In this document: positions 13,584 through 30,189 of the stretch, one piece after another
Position numbering within the stretch: the stretch's first letter is position 1
Layout of the letters: every line of letters begins with the position of its first letter
Origin: the human T2T-CHM13v2.0 reference genome, Homo sapiens
NCBI RefSeq assembly: GCF_009914755.1
Contig: NC_060929.1
DNA length: 64,000 nt
Reading direction: 5' to 3' (one strand)
Notes under the pieces: generated by a model
The model's input: the letters and a program-made list of their open reading frames with translations, nothing else
Told to the model about the DNA's origin: nothing
The model's database searches: none
Position numbers and translations under genes: made by a program

Positions 13584-14490
13584 GGTGGGAGGAGCCAAGA
13601 TGGCCAAATAGGAACAGCTCCTGTCTACAGCTCCCAGCGTGAGCGACGCAGAAGACGGGTGATTTCTGCATTTCCATCTGAGGTACCGGGTTCATCTCAC
13701 TTGGGAGTGCCAGACAGTGGGCGCAGGTCAGTGGGTGCGCGCACCGTGCGTGAGCCGAAGCAGGGCGAGGCATTGCCTCACTTGGGAAGCGCAAGGGGTC
13801 AGGGAGTTCCCTTTCCAAGTCAAAGAAAGGGGTGACAGACGCACTTGGAAAATCAGGTCACTCCCACCCGAATACTGCCCTTTTCCGACTGGCTTAAAAA
13901 ATGGCGCACCACGAGATTATATCCCGCACCTGGCTTGGAGGGTCCTACGCCCATGGAGTCTCACTGATTGCTAGCACAGCAGTCTGAGATCAAACTGCAA
14001 GGCGGCAGCGAGGCTGGGGGAGGGGCGCCCACCATTGCCCAGGCTTGCTTAGGTAAACAAAGCAGCCGGGAAGCTCCAACTGGGTGGAGCCCACCACAGC
14101 TCAAGGAGGCCTGCCTGCCTCTGTAGGCTCCACCTCTGGGGGCAGGGCACAGACAAACAAAAAGACAGCAGTAACCTCTGCAGACTTAAATGTCCCTGTC
14201 TGACAGCTTTGAAGAGAGCAGTGGTTCTCCCAGCACGCAGCTGGAGATCTGAGAACGGGCAGACTGCCTCCTCAAGTGGGTCCCTGACCCCTGACCCCCG
14301 AGCAGCCTAACTGGGAGGCACCCCCCAGCAGGGGCACACTGACACCTCACACGGCAGGGTACTCCAACAGACCTGCAGCTGAGGGTCCTCTCTGTTAGAA
14401 GGAAAACTAACAAATGGAAAGGACATCCACACCAAAAACCCATCTGTACATCACCATCATCAAAGACCAAAAGTAGATAAAACCACAAAG
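13584..14490 (+). promoter_or_regulatory. L1 5' UTR internal sense promoter and antisense promoter
   Basis: YY1 site CAAGATGGCC at 13596-13605; CpG-rich; this is an established function of the L1 5' UTR. Confidence 0.8.
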
Positions 14491-15507
14491 ATGGGGAAAA
14501 AACAGAGCAGAAAAACTGGAAACTCTAAAAAGCAGAGTGCCTCTCCTCCTCCAAAGGAATGCAGTTCCTCACCAGCAACAGAACAAAGCTGGATGGAGAA
14601 TGACTTTGACGAGCTGAGAGAAGCAGGCTTCAGACGATCAAATTACTCTGAGCTACGGGAGGACATTCAAACCAAAGGCAAAAAAGTTGAAAACTTTGAA
14701 AAAAATTTAGAAGAATGTATAACTAGAATAACCAATACAGAGAAGTGCTTAAAGGAGCTGATGGAGCTGAAAACCAAGGCTCGAGAACTACGTGAAGAAT
14801 GCAGAAGCCTCAGGAGCCGATGTGATCAACTGGAAGAAAGGGTATCAGCAATGGAAGATGAAATGAATGAAATGAAGCAAGAAGGGAAGGTTAGAGAAAA
14901 AAGAATAAAAAGAAATGAGCAAAGCCTCCAAGAAATATGGGACTATGTGAAAAGACCAAATCTACGTCTGATTGGTGTACCTGAAAGTGATGAGGAGAAT
15001 GGAACCAAGTTGGAAAACACTCTGCAGGATATTATCCAGGAGAACTTCCCCAATCTAGCAAGGCAGGCCAACATTCAGATTCAGGAAATACAGAGAATGT
15101 CACAAAGATACTCCTCGAGAAGAGCAACTCCAAGACACATAATTGTCAGATTCACCAAAGTTGAAATGAAGGAAAAAATGTTAAGGGCAGCCAGAGAGAA
15201 AGGTCGGGTTACCCTCAAAGGGAAGCCCATCAGACTAACAGCGGATCTCTCGGCAGAAACCCTACAAGCCAGAAGAGAGTGGAGGCCAATATTCAACATT
15301 CTTAAAGAAAAGAATTTTCAACCCAGAATTTCATATGCAGCCAAACTAAGCTTCATAAGTGAAGGAGAAATAAAATACTTTATAGACAAGCAAATGCTGA
15401 GAGATTTTGTCACCACCAGGCCTGCCTTACAAGAGCTCCTGAAGGAAGCGCTAAACATGGAAAGGAACAACTGGTACCAGCCACTGCAAAATCATGCCAA
15501 AATGTAA
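14491..15507 (+). CDS. L1 ORF1p (RNA-binding chaperone), intact 338-aa frame
   Basis: MGKKQSRKTGNSK...NHAKM at canonical length. REKG and ARR motifs are kept; YPAKLS is changed to YAAKLS. Confidence 0.9.
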   Translation: MGKKQSRKTGNSKKQSASPPPKECSSSPATEQSWMENDFDELREAGFRRSNYSELREDIQTKGKKVENFEKNLEECITRITNTEKCLKELMELKTKARELREECRSLRSRCDQLEERVSAMEDEMNEMKQEGKVREKRIKRNEQSLQEIWDYVKRPNLRLIGVPESDEENGTKLENTLQDIIQENFPNLARQANIQIQEIQRMSQRYSSRRATPRHIIVRFTKVEMKEKMLRAAREKGRVTLKGKPIRLTADLSAETLQARREWRPIFNILKEKNFQPRISYAAKLSFISEGEIKYFIDKQMLRDFVTTRPALQELLKEALNMERNNWYQPLQNHAKM

Positions 15508-15563
15508 AGACCATCGAGACTAGGAAGAAACTGCATCAATTAACCAGCAAAAGAACCAGCTAA

Positions 15564-19392
<3,829 letters not shown>

Positions 19393-21964
19393 ACAATGAG
19401 ATCACATGGACACAGGAAGGGGAATATCACACTCTGGGGACTGTTATGGGGTGGGGGCAGGGGGAAGGGATAGCATTGGGAGATATACCTAATGCTCGAT
19501 GACGAGTTAATGGGTGCAGCGCACCAGCATGGCACATGTATACATATGTAACTAACCTGCACAATGTGCACATGTTCCCTAAAACTTAAAGTATAATTAA
19601 AAAAAAATAAATTAAAAAAAAGTTATGTTTACACTAAACTATAGTCAACTAAGTGTGTAATAGCATTATGTCTTTAAAAATGTACATACCTTAATTAAAA
19701 ATACTTAAATTGCTACAAAATGCAATTATCAGAGCCATAAATGAGTCATATATATATATAGTTTTTTGCTGGTGGAGGGTCTTGCCTTGATGTTAATGGC
19801 TCCTGACTGGTCAGGGTAGTGGTGGCTGAAGATTGAGGTGATTGTGACAATTTCTTAAAATAAGACAACAATGAAGTTTGCTGCATTGATGGACTCTTCC
19901 TTTTATGAAAGATTTCCCTGTAGTATGTGACGCTGTGTAATAGCATTTTACTCTCATAGAACCTCTTTTCAAATTGGTGTCTGAAACCCTGCTCTTTCTT
20001 CATCAACGAAGTTTACTCTAAATCCTTTGTTGTCATTTCAACAGTGTTTACAACATCTTCACCAGGAGTAGATTCCATCTCACTTTCTTTGCTCATCCAT
20101 AAGAAGCAACTCCTTATATGTTAAAGTTTGATCATGATACTGCAGCAATTCAGTCTCATCTTCAGGCTCCACTTCTAACTCTAGTTCTCTTGCTATTTCC
20201 ATCACATCTGCAGTTACTTCCTCCATTCTGCCTTGAACCCCTCAAAGTCATCCTTTAGGGTTATAATCAACTTCTTCCAAACTCCTGTTAATATTGATAT
20301 TTTGACCTCTTCTCATGAATCATGAATGTCCTTAATGGTATCTAGAATGGTGAATCCTTCCCAGAAGCTTTTCAATTGACTTTGCCCAGATCCATCAGAG
20401 AAATTACTATCTATGGTAGCTATGGTCTTACAAAATGTGTTTCTTAAATAATAAGATTTGGAAGTCAAAATTACTTCCTGACTCATGGGCTGCAGAATGA
20501 CTCTTGTGTTAGCAGGCATGAAATAACATTAATCTGCTTGCACATCTCCAGCAGAGCCCTTGGATAAGTAGGTGCATTGTCAATAAGCAGTAATAGTTTG
20601 AAAGAAATCTATTTTTCTGAGCAGTAGTTTTCAACAGTGGGCTTAAAATATTCAGTAAACCATGCTGTAAACAGACGCACTGTCATCCAGGTTCTGCGGT
20701 TTCATTTCTAGAGCACAGGAAGAGTAGGTTTAGCATAATTCTTAAGGGCTCTAGAATTTTCAGAATGGTAAATGAGCATTGGCATAAACTTTAAGTCACC
20801 ACCTGCATTAGCCTCTCACAAGAGAGTCAGCCTGTCCTTTGACGCTTTGAAACCAGATATTGATTTCTCCTCTCTAGTTACAAAATTCCTGGATGTCATC
20901 TTCTTCCAGTAGAAGGCTGTTGCATTTATATTGAAAATCTTTTGTTTAGCGCGATCACCTCCTTCAATTATCTTAGCTAAATCTTCTGGATAACTTGCTG
21001 CACTTTCTACAACAGCACTTGATGCTTTACCTTGCACTTTTATGTTACAGAGATGGCTTCTTTCCTTAAACTTCATGAGCCAATCTCTGCTAGCTTTCTA
21101 CTTTTCTTCTGTAGCTGCTTCCTCACCTCTCTCAGCCTTCAGAGAATTGAAGAGAGTTAAGCCTTGCTCTGGATTAGGTTTGGCTTAATGAAAGGTTGTG
21201 GCTGGTTTGATCGTCTCTCCAGGCCACTCAAGTTTTCTCCATATCAGCCATAAGCCTGTTTCACTTTCTTATCATTCACGTGTTCACTGGAGTAGCACTT
21301 TTAATTTTTTTCAAGAACTTTTCCTTTGCATTTACAACTTGGTTAACTGGCACAAAAAGCATAGCTTTCAGCCTGTCTTGGCCTTCAAGATGCCTTCCTC
21401 ACTTAGCTTAATCATTTCTATCTCTTTACTTAATGTGAGAGATGTGCAACTCTTCCTTTTACTTGAAAACTTAAGAGGCCATTATAGGGTTATTAATTGT
21501 CCTAATTTTAATATTATTGTGTCTTAGGTAATAGGGAGGGCCTGAGGAGAAGGCGAGAGATTGGGGAATGGCTGGTTGATGGAGCAGTCAGAACACACAC
21601 AACATTTATCAATCCCAAAACGATTACAATAGTAACATTAAAATCACTGATCACAGATCACCATAACAAATATAAAAATAATATAAAAGTCTGAAATATT
21701 ATGTGAATTACCAAAATGTGACACAAAGACACAAAGTGAGCACATGCTGTTGGAAAAATGATGCTGACAGACTTGCTGAATGCAGGGTTGCTACAAACTT
21801 TCAATTTGTAAAAAAGCACAATATCTGCAAAATGCCTTAAAGCACAATAAAATGACTTATGCCTGTTTATCATCAGTTTCCTGGTGACATGGTATTTCTC
21901 TCCTGTTTTTTTCCCATAGCCACGGCCCTATTATGCTCCTGTTCCTCTTTCTATAAGGATGCTA

Positions 21965-22183
21965 ATTACAATAGCTAACATTTGTTTAACACTGATTAAG
22001 TACCAACCACTGTCCTAAAGACTTTCAATATACTAACTTATTAATTACAGCAGAACAATCCTTTGAGTAGCTATCCCATTTTATAGATGTGGAAGCTCAG
22101 GGCCCAATTAATTAAGTAGGTGGTGGCATCAGGATTTGAATCTGGGCTGTCTGGCTCCACTCTGAACCACAACACTTTGCTGT
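21965..22183 (-). mobile_element. MIR
   Basis: ATCCCATTTTATAGATGTGGAAGCTCAGG...CAGGATTTGAATCTGGGCTGTCTGGCTCCA. Confidence 0.8.
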
Positions 22184-22484
22184 CATAGAACTGATTTGCC
22201 AACTAACATTTAGAAAACAACTTCTTAGTAAGTTGAAACTATTTGTAATTTTTGAACTCTTTGTGATACTAAACAAAGAAGCAAAGAAATATAGTAATTG
22301 TACCAATTTGACATTTGCTTAACTTCATGCATGTGTTTGGTAGAGTCAATTTTTCAGAAAGATTTTTTCACCCTTTACAAATACAGAATCAGTTGTTTTG
22401 GTGTGGTGCCATGAGAAGGATCATGTGCTTCACTCCCAGGGTCTGTAGTACTCCTTTTTATGGGCAGGCTGCTCTTGAGTAGTT

Positions 22485-22558
22485 TTCCCTGTCTTTCTTC
22501 CCTCTCTTTTCCTTTCTCTCTCTCCCTCTCTCTCTCTCTTCTTCTCCCTCTCTTTTTC
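22485..22558. repeat. CT-rich simple repeat
   Basis: ctttctctctctccctctctctctctctt... Confidence 0.85.
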
Positions 22559-23399
22559 ATGGTATAGCTGTAGTCCTCATTATCTACCTAAGCATACATA
22601 TCCACATAACAAGCTACAAATTATTCAACTAGAAAACCATATTGTGGTTCGGTGTTAACTATTACTCTTTCCTTATTCAAAAATTATGAAGCTTGTAGTC
22701 TAGCCTGGTTTGGGCAGAATTTCTGTCCTCCTTTTACTTCTAGTGCTCCTCTTTTTATTGTCTGGGTTCTTCATCATCTTCTGACTCTTTTCTCTGTTCC
22801 ATTCTGGCCCATGTTTCCTATACAGGTTGTTTCTTTATGGTAGAGCTGATAGGCAGAAAATTTTCTGTCTGCTGTTGCTCACAGTTTAGATTCCTCTTTT
22901 CTTTTTACTACTCCAATAATTCTGCTAAACCATATTCTAGTTCCTTTGTATCACCCAGAGTTGGTCTTTCTGATATGCTTATCTTAAAAAAAATTAAAAT
23001 AAAATATAAAAATTACTGATTATTAGAGACAGCACAGCTGAAGCTGGATAATAATCTAGGAATACTAAGCATGTAGTTTTTGAATTTTAATTGTTTTACT
23101 CTAAATTGCATAAAATTTCAAAGTTTTTTTAAAAAAACAAGAGTACTTAACATTAATCTAATATTAGCTTATCTTCTCTATCTAAAAGTTATTTTCTTCC
23201 CTTTACCAATCAAAGCCCTCTAATGGGTACTTTTGCTCACATTCTGTTTGCTCCTTAAAAATTTTTTTTTTGGTCCCTACCTTAATTATTTAACTGAAAT
23301 CACTTTGGAAAGTAAACAATAACCTCATCACCAAATACATATCTCAAATGCATTTTCTTGCACATTTCTGTAACATTTGACACCACTGACAGACTATTC

Positions 23400-24450
23400 T
23401 GGGCATCTCCTCTCTAAGCTACTAATTCTTTAATTAATACAGTCTATGATAACATGAACTCTTTTGACACTTCTTTTTCTTACAATGAACTTAACTAAAA
23501 CCCTTCATCTTTTTCTACACATGCTGCTGATGTGAATCCATTTCTCTCCCATTTACACATGTAGTTTTTTTTTTTTTTTAACTTGACTCATTTGAGCCCA
23601 TTTTCTATCCTCTGAGATCAGGTTTCTGATTCTGTTTCATCCAATGTGTTGACTGTTCCTTCTAATTTTGTGTCACCTGCAAATACAGCATCAATTTTCT
23701 CACTGGATTCACTGAGGGAAAAAAGATGTCATCATTTTGTAGGGCTTAGGCTAAAACTGGGCAACATGCATTCCAAGCTCTTCTCCAAGGCTGACTCTGA
23801 TCTGTTAATCTGGGTACTTTAGGTAGAAACAACTGTGTATATTGAACTCATATTTCTTCACTTTTTGTCCAGAAAAATATCTTAGAAGCTTTGTCAAATA
23901 TCTTCTAAAAGCACACAAAAATAAGAAACTGACTAACGTAATAAATACACAAACCCAGAAATGAGTTAGTTCTGGTAGGACTTGTTTTCTATGAACTAAT
24001 TCTGATCCATACTCAACATGGTTCCCTTTAAAAATTCTCATAGTCTAAGATTTTAATAATTTGTTCTGGAATGTAGCTGAAGATGATTAACAGTCCAGTC
24101 CATCATTTGCACTATCCACTTCTTGCCATTTTTGGTCAGGAATATATTTGTAACACTTGTAACACTTTTCTAGTTTGTCTTGATTCTTTAAAGATGGCTG
24201 ACTACAGATTCCGTCAGCTCAAAGCATGCTCTGGAATTATGCTTGGAAATAGCATGTGAAAGTTTCATTTGAACGCAATTTAGAGGAGTTATGAGGTCCT
24301 TTGTAAGGGTCTTTTTTCCATCTAAGTTTCACTCTCTTTTACAGGAAACAGAGGAAAATGGGATTTGAGATCAACTTTCTCTCTGCTACTTACTATGACA
24401 TCATCTACCATACTCCAAAGATGTGCACATCTCCTGCTCTCATTTTTCGC
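23400..24450 (-). mobile_element. L3/CR1 LINE RT fragment (boundaries approximate)
   Basis: The - strand at 23641-23683 reads FAGDTKLEGTVNTL, compared with CR1 FADDTKLGG. An FDK-like motif lies at ~23890-23910. Confidence 0.65.
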
Positions 24451-26157
24451 TAAATATGATTTTAAGGGCGAAGTTTATTGTTTTTTTCCACAGCCTTGAG
24501 CTCCCTTTGTGCTTTTGCTTTTTTTGACATTATTCTTAAGCCTCTTTGCCACTTTTTTATATGGTTCTTGGTTATTAATCCTTTTGTCATCATTGTTCAC
24601 TTCATCTTAAGGTTTGAGATACTAGAAATGCTGCACACTGTCTCTCTTGCATAAAACATATCTATAGACATCAAGTAAGTTTTTTTTTAAAATTAGAGTA
24701 AAAACCTAAAAACATCTTCAATGCAATTTGAATGCAGAATTCTTTTAGTTTTTATGATTTTCCTCAAATCTTTTATAGTTGTTTCACTCCAACCTGATTT
24801 GACAATAGTACTTAAACTTATATTTTATTGGTTGATGTATTATTTAATTAAATTGTGTAATTAATATTGTGTGACTGCAAGTAAATCTTGCATGAACATG
24901 TTTGGAAACAAAACCCAGTTGCCTCTTGTTAAGCATACAATTAGCTGGTAGCAACAGAAGTCCACGAGCATTTTAGAGTAGCCTACTAGCCCAAAGCATT
25001 CAGTATACAGTGGGAATTAATCAATATATTTTACAGATGCAATGAAGAGCTTCAGTTAATGTAGTGAGTTGGTTAAGTGGAGGCTGGCTAAAAGAGTTTC
25101 TGCTGTATAATAAGATGTGCTTCTTGATCTACAATAAATTGCAAAATAGTAGCCAATTCTATCTGAATTGATTAATTCTACTATACACTATACACTATCA
25201 TAATACCTGTAATACTTTATTTCCCTAACATCTAAATCTACTAAACTGTGAACTTCTTGAGGGCAAGTGTTGTCCTCAATAGATGGTTTGGTGAATATAT
25301 TTTTAAAAACATAGCACGAGAAATGAAAAGGAAAAGGGAGAGAGCAAAGGGTGGGCTGATACAGAACAATAAATTTCAAAAACAATTCTGCAATATTGGT
25401 ACCATAAAATTTATCACTTAAATGCTATCTGATAACTCATAGTCCCTGGTAGTGGGAAGGCCAATAGGGGTTGGAAATAGAAAGCAAGCTAGTTCTCAAT
25501 ATCTGCAAATTCAAAACAATAACAACTTTTGAATGCAAATTTTAGCCCTGTCTATAACGTTTCATTGAACACATCTCATTCTGTTTTAGAACAATGAAAA
25601 AATGGTATTGTATTGGGCTTTGTTAATACAAAGTAAATAGTGATTCCCATGAGAAACTATTCTGTAATTATTCTGTTTTTTCACTAGATGGTGCTTGTGA
25701 GCCAATGAGAAGAAAAATATTTGAGTTTATGGTTTATTCACTTAAGGGGAAATGAGAAATTTGTGAATTAAATAGAAAAAGACAATGAAAAATTAGAACA
25801 CTTTAAGACAGACCTTTATAGTTAAGTTAAACTACTTGGAGAAAACCTCATATTACTTTCTGGTAACAATGTTAAACTCTTGGAAGAAAAAAATACTCAT
25901 TCTCATTAAGACGATTACAATCACCAAATTCTGAAAGTTTTGTGGGCTGACTGTACAATCCTAATGAATTAAAAGATTTTCTTTACTCTCCTTAAAATAC
26001 AACATTACCTTTGGTTGGGGGCAAAATCATTTAAATTGTTACCATGATGAGATTATAGCTTCATTACCTAATGTTATCTTGTGAAATGGGTTGTTGTCTA
26101 GATTTCTAATGCTGTCTGATAGGCAATATTCCTTTACTTTTATTCAGGGACATCAAA

Positions 26158-26395
26158 GAGTAGAGGTTAAAAGGAAAGTCTCTGGAGTCATACTACCTGG
26201 GTTTAAACCCCAGATCTGCCACTTACTAGCTGTGTAATCTTGGCAGTTCACCTCCCTAACCTTCCTTTCCCTCATCTTACAAAATGCAGTTGTCATAATT
26301 TCTACCTCATAAGATTGTTGTGAGTTAATACATGTAAAAGACTTAGAACTGTGCTTGGCACATTAGTAGGTATTTAAAAAATGTTAGCGATCATA
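26158..26395 (+). mobile_element. MIR
   Basis: CTCTGGAGTCA..CCTGGGTTTAAACCCCAGATCTGCCACTTACTAGCTGTGT...CTTAGAACTGTGCTTGGCACAT. Confidence 0.88.
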
Positions 26396-26719
26396 ACATT
26401 TTTCATGTTTCACTTACAGTGAAAACTGATTTATTGCAGCTCACAAAACAATCAGTGGTAATACTAATTTAATTTTGTGCTTCTTTCCTTCCTTTCTCTT
26501 ATTCTAGTATTCTAACCTATTATTATTCTCCCTCTAGATATGAAACTGACTTATATTTTACTAAGTGTATCTTTCATTAGAAGTAATCATGTTCTAATCG
26601 TGGACTTTGGGATAGCTTAACTTCAGCATTCCAGGAAGAAAGGGGTTTGTTTTCACAATATAATTCCTGGGACTGAGCTACTGCAGTGACCACTAGGAAA
26701 CTTCTGCCAGTGGAACAAC

Positions 26720-26919
26720 TTCTCCTCCTCCCTCTCCCCCTCCCCCTCCCTCTCTCTTCTTCTTCTTCTTCTTCCTCTTCCTCTTCTTCTTCTTCCTCTT
26801 CCTGTTCCTCTTCCTCTTCTTCTTCTTCTTCTTCTTCTTCTTCTTCTTCTTCTTCTTCTTCTTCTTCTTCTTCTTCTTCCTTCCTCTTCTTCTTCTTTCT
26901 TCTTCTTCTTCCTTTTTTA
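26720..26919. repeat. ~200-bp polypyrimidine tract with pure (TTC)21 = (GAA)21
   Basis: Uninterrupted TTC units at 26817-26879, flanked by TTC/CTC and CCCCCT units; abuts an Alu tail. Confidence 0.97.
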
Positions 26920-27191
26920 TTGAGACACAGTCTTGCTCTGTCTTCTAATCTGGAATGCAGTGGAGTAATCATAGCTCACCGTAACCTCAAACTCCTAGGC
27001 TCCAGCGATCCTCATGCATCAGCCTCCTGAATAGCTAGGACTACAGGCACGAGCCACTATGCCTAGCTAATTTTTAAATATTTTTGTAGAGATGGGGTCT
27101 CACTATGTTGACCAATTCCTGGCATCAAGCAATTCTCCTGCCTCAGCCTCCCAAAGTATTGGGATTACAGGCATGAGCCACTGTACCTGGC
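26914..27191 (-). mobile_element. AluJo-like
   Basis: J-type ATCATAGCTCAC..CCTCAAACTCCTAGGCTC and CTCACTATGTTG. Probable TSD agtggaac(aac)ttct at 26709-26723 and 27196-27207. Confidence 0.9.
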
Positions 27192-27589
27192 ACTGAGTGG
27201 AACTTCTGTTGCTGACAGATTTCTGACAATGATTGATCAGTAGCACAGCAGAGAAAGAAAAATATAAGAGGAACAGATTATTCAAAAGAAATGTCCTTTC
27301 TTCTAAAAGTGGTGGTGGTAATATGGGTGTGAGAAAGAACACAGAAGGACAAACATTTGAATAGATATATCAAAACTAAACAAATGTTATGTTTACATTG
27401 GGGAAGAATTATGAACACATTCATCAGTCAGTTTTTTTTATAGTTCTATTTTTAGTGTATATGAACCCCTGCACTCCAATTCACAGTTATCGACATGTGA
27501 TATGATTGAGAAGACCTGTGTTCTTTCCTCTCAAATATAGGAGATGATATATGAAAATTAAATAAATGATTTTTTTCATGGACACCAAA

Positions 27590-27830
27590 GGCAGCCAGCA
27601 TATACCAAAGGCTTACTCTGTGCTTGGTGTGGAGATAGGAATTCTACCTGAATTATCACAGTTAATCCTCACTACAGCTCCACAGTGTAGCTAGTATTAG
27701 CATCCCCGTTCTAGAGTTGAGGAGATTGGGGTCTGGAGAGTTTAATAACTTTTCCTCAAAGACGCAGTCAGTGAATGGAGGAGCTAATACTGAAACCCAA
27801 TTCTGCCTCACTCCAGACCCAGCATTTAGT
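27590..27830 (-). mobile_element. MIR
   Basis: TTAATCCTCACTACAGC...GAGTTGAGGAGATTGGGGTCTGGAGAGTTTAATAACTTT. Confidence 0.7.
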
Positions 27831-28829
27831 TGTTCTTTTCAGATGTCAGTTCAAACAAAAACATTGAGTTGATTCTGGAAGTATAGGCAGTGCCTTAAAT
27901 GACACATTTCTTAATTGGTCTTTCCTGTTGAGACATTAACTTGTCAACTAGGGTATTATCCTTCATTGGTTCCCTGCATACCTCGATAAAGAATCAAATT
28001 GTCCTTCATAATTTGAAGATGATACCATCGCATATGAGCCTGTGGCTGAGAAAAACCAGCCTCTGACAAGCAATTCTTTCCACGTCTATATACATGCAGA
28101 TTGCTCTTTGGTTTGTGGCTCAACCCTTGCTTCTGTATTTTGTTCTGCCAAAGCGTGGTTAGCTGAAGCTTAGTTTGAAGAAAGCTATACTGTCATGGAT
28201 CCTATATATTCACCAGGGCATCCTCTGTTCTTGTTCTTAGCCATTTCTAGCTTTGTCACCTGCTGGATTGCAGAATCTTCAGAGATCTTTTGGCCTCACA
28301 GGATTTATATGGGAGAAATGTTTAGTGTGATATGGTCCATTTTTAATACATGCCTGGTTCATTAGACATGAGTTGTATGAATCACTCTTTCAAGACTAGT
28401 GACTGAGTGAACTGCTGGCTTTCATGGTTGGTTATTGGGTCTTGCGATTTACTGTTCTCACGTCTGAGTTGATTTTTTATGGGACAGGAGATGGTGCCTA
28501 TGTGTTAGAGTTACAGGGGAGTTTGGTCACTCATGCTTCCTGTTTTATAAACTTATCTTTGGTCAGATGCTTGACTCCCCTTTCAGGGCCCACCAGTTTG
28601 TAATTCTTATCTAATCATCCTATGACCAATTGTATAAGTAGAAGAGTAAGTGGTGGCTGGGATTAGGGGGTGCAGTCAATGACAAGCAGGTCATGATGTC
28701 TTAGCATTCACCATAGCAGAAAGCAGCTGCAGTAAGCTCATCTCCTGTGCACAGCATCATTCCTCCTCCTCCTCCTCCCACCACTTTTTCCTTCTCCTTA
28801 CTTCGTCCTCCTCCTCCTCCTCTTTCCGC

Positions 28830-29270
28830 ATAACATTTATTCACTGTATACTATAAGTTAGGGTTTTACAACTTCAGAACTGTTAATATTTTGGTCCAGA
28901 AATTCTTTGTGTGAAGGATGTCCTGTGGATGATAGGATATTAAGAACATCCTTGACTTTTACCTACTAGATAACAGTAGCAGCCTCCCCACCTCCCCAGT
29001 CATGATAACAAAAAATGTCTCCAGACATTACTAAAAGTCCCTTGGGGGCAAAATTACCCCCTGGTTGAGAATCACTGGTCTAAGGGAATTATATGATTTA
29101 ATCTTCATAATAAATCTATGAAATAAGTAGAAGCAGTTACTATTTCCAATTTTACAGGTAGAGAAATGGAGGTATATAATGTTTAGGAATTTGTCCAGGA
29201 TCGTACAAAGAGTAATTTCCGAAGCAGAAATAATAGCGCAAATCTAACTTCAGAACTGGATATGATACCT
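28830..29270 (-). mobile_element. MIR interrupted by MER20
   Basis: ATTTAATCTTCATAATAAATCTATGAAATAAGTA..CCAATTTTACAGGTAGAGAAATGGAGG. Confidence 0.7.
28859..29077 (+). mobile_element. MER20 (hAT-Charlie)
   Basis: AAAAATGTCTCCAGACATTACTAAAAGTCCCTTGGGGGCAAAATTACCCCCTGGTTGAGAATCACTG. Confidence 0.9.
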
Positions 29271-30189
29271 ATATGCCATACTCACTACTACTACATGGTT
29301 GTTGGGTTCTCTGATTTATCTAGGAACTGTATCTTCTCATAATCTACTGTTCAAATTGAAATTATGTCATTCCAGACTTTAACTAGTTTAAATTACTAAA
29401 TGGATGACATTTTTTATGATTCTACATCTTTGCAATTCCTTTGGTGTAGATTTACTTTGCTCCCTCTCTCCATCTAGGGAAAGCAAATTAATCCTTACAG
29501 TCCGACAAATATTGTCACCTCTTCTATGATACTAGACCTGGCCACCACTCATGTACCTACCCACTCCCATTCCAACAAGTTGCCACAGTATTTTGTATTT
29601 ATAGGTAGAACATGGATATAACAGTAAGTGAGCTTGAAAAACACATACTATATCAGGTTAGAGATTTTGAAAATTACTTTAAAGAGACCAAATAGGTCCC
29701 TGGTTTAAAAGATGCCTGGATATCCTCTTCATCCTACTTAGATCTTGACCCTGTACCTGGTCACACATCTGTATGGACACACTGTAGTGTCTAGATAGTA
29801 GTACTAATATGAACATCCTCCTTCCCTCACTTGCGCTGAACTGTGGTACTCTCTGCCTGGCCACACTGCCTTGGGAAGGTCTTCCTCTTCCTGCCTGGGC
29901 TTTTGTGTTTCATGGTCCATCCCTTATATCCCTTATTCATCTTGTATAGACCACTCCGTGGTTGGACTCCTCATGTCAGACTATCCTATTGCATGAATAT
30001 CCTTCTCACCATATTTGGGCTCTGATACCCCATGCTGAATTTCTCTCCCACACTGATCCCCTCTTAACCCTGCTTGGACTGTGATTCTTATCCTGGACGA
30101 CCCTTCTCTATGGATGCCCTCCTCACCCCAGTCTGCCTCCCCTCAATAAAGCTCTGAATCTTCATGCTCTATATAAGAGACAATAGTTC

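Noticed and set aside
13961-14035. L1 ORF0 in either young L1
   Set aside because: Both frames (ATG 14035 on -, ATG 44539 on +) hit TGA at codon 25 by CpG decay. ORF 44620-45108 is the orphaned remainder running into flank and Alu.
15090-15480. Additional shared ORF1 variants (QRM, NNWYQ, FIDK) as conversion evidence
   Set aside because: QRM and NNW are CpG transitions that recur independently, and FID also occurs in L1HS. Not diagnostic, so not counted.
19746-21076. Domesticated Tigger transposase (TIGD-like) gene
   Set aside because: Only short, separated ORF fragments remain within a TIR-bounded, decayed Tigger1.
26577-27030. Poly-Glu / poly-Ser ORFs
   Set aside because: These are translations of the GAA/TTC tract plus Alu, with no coding signal.
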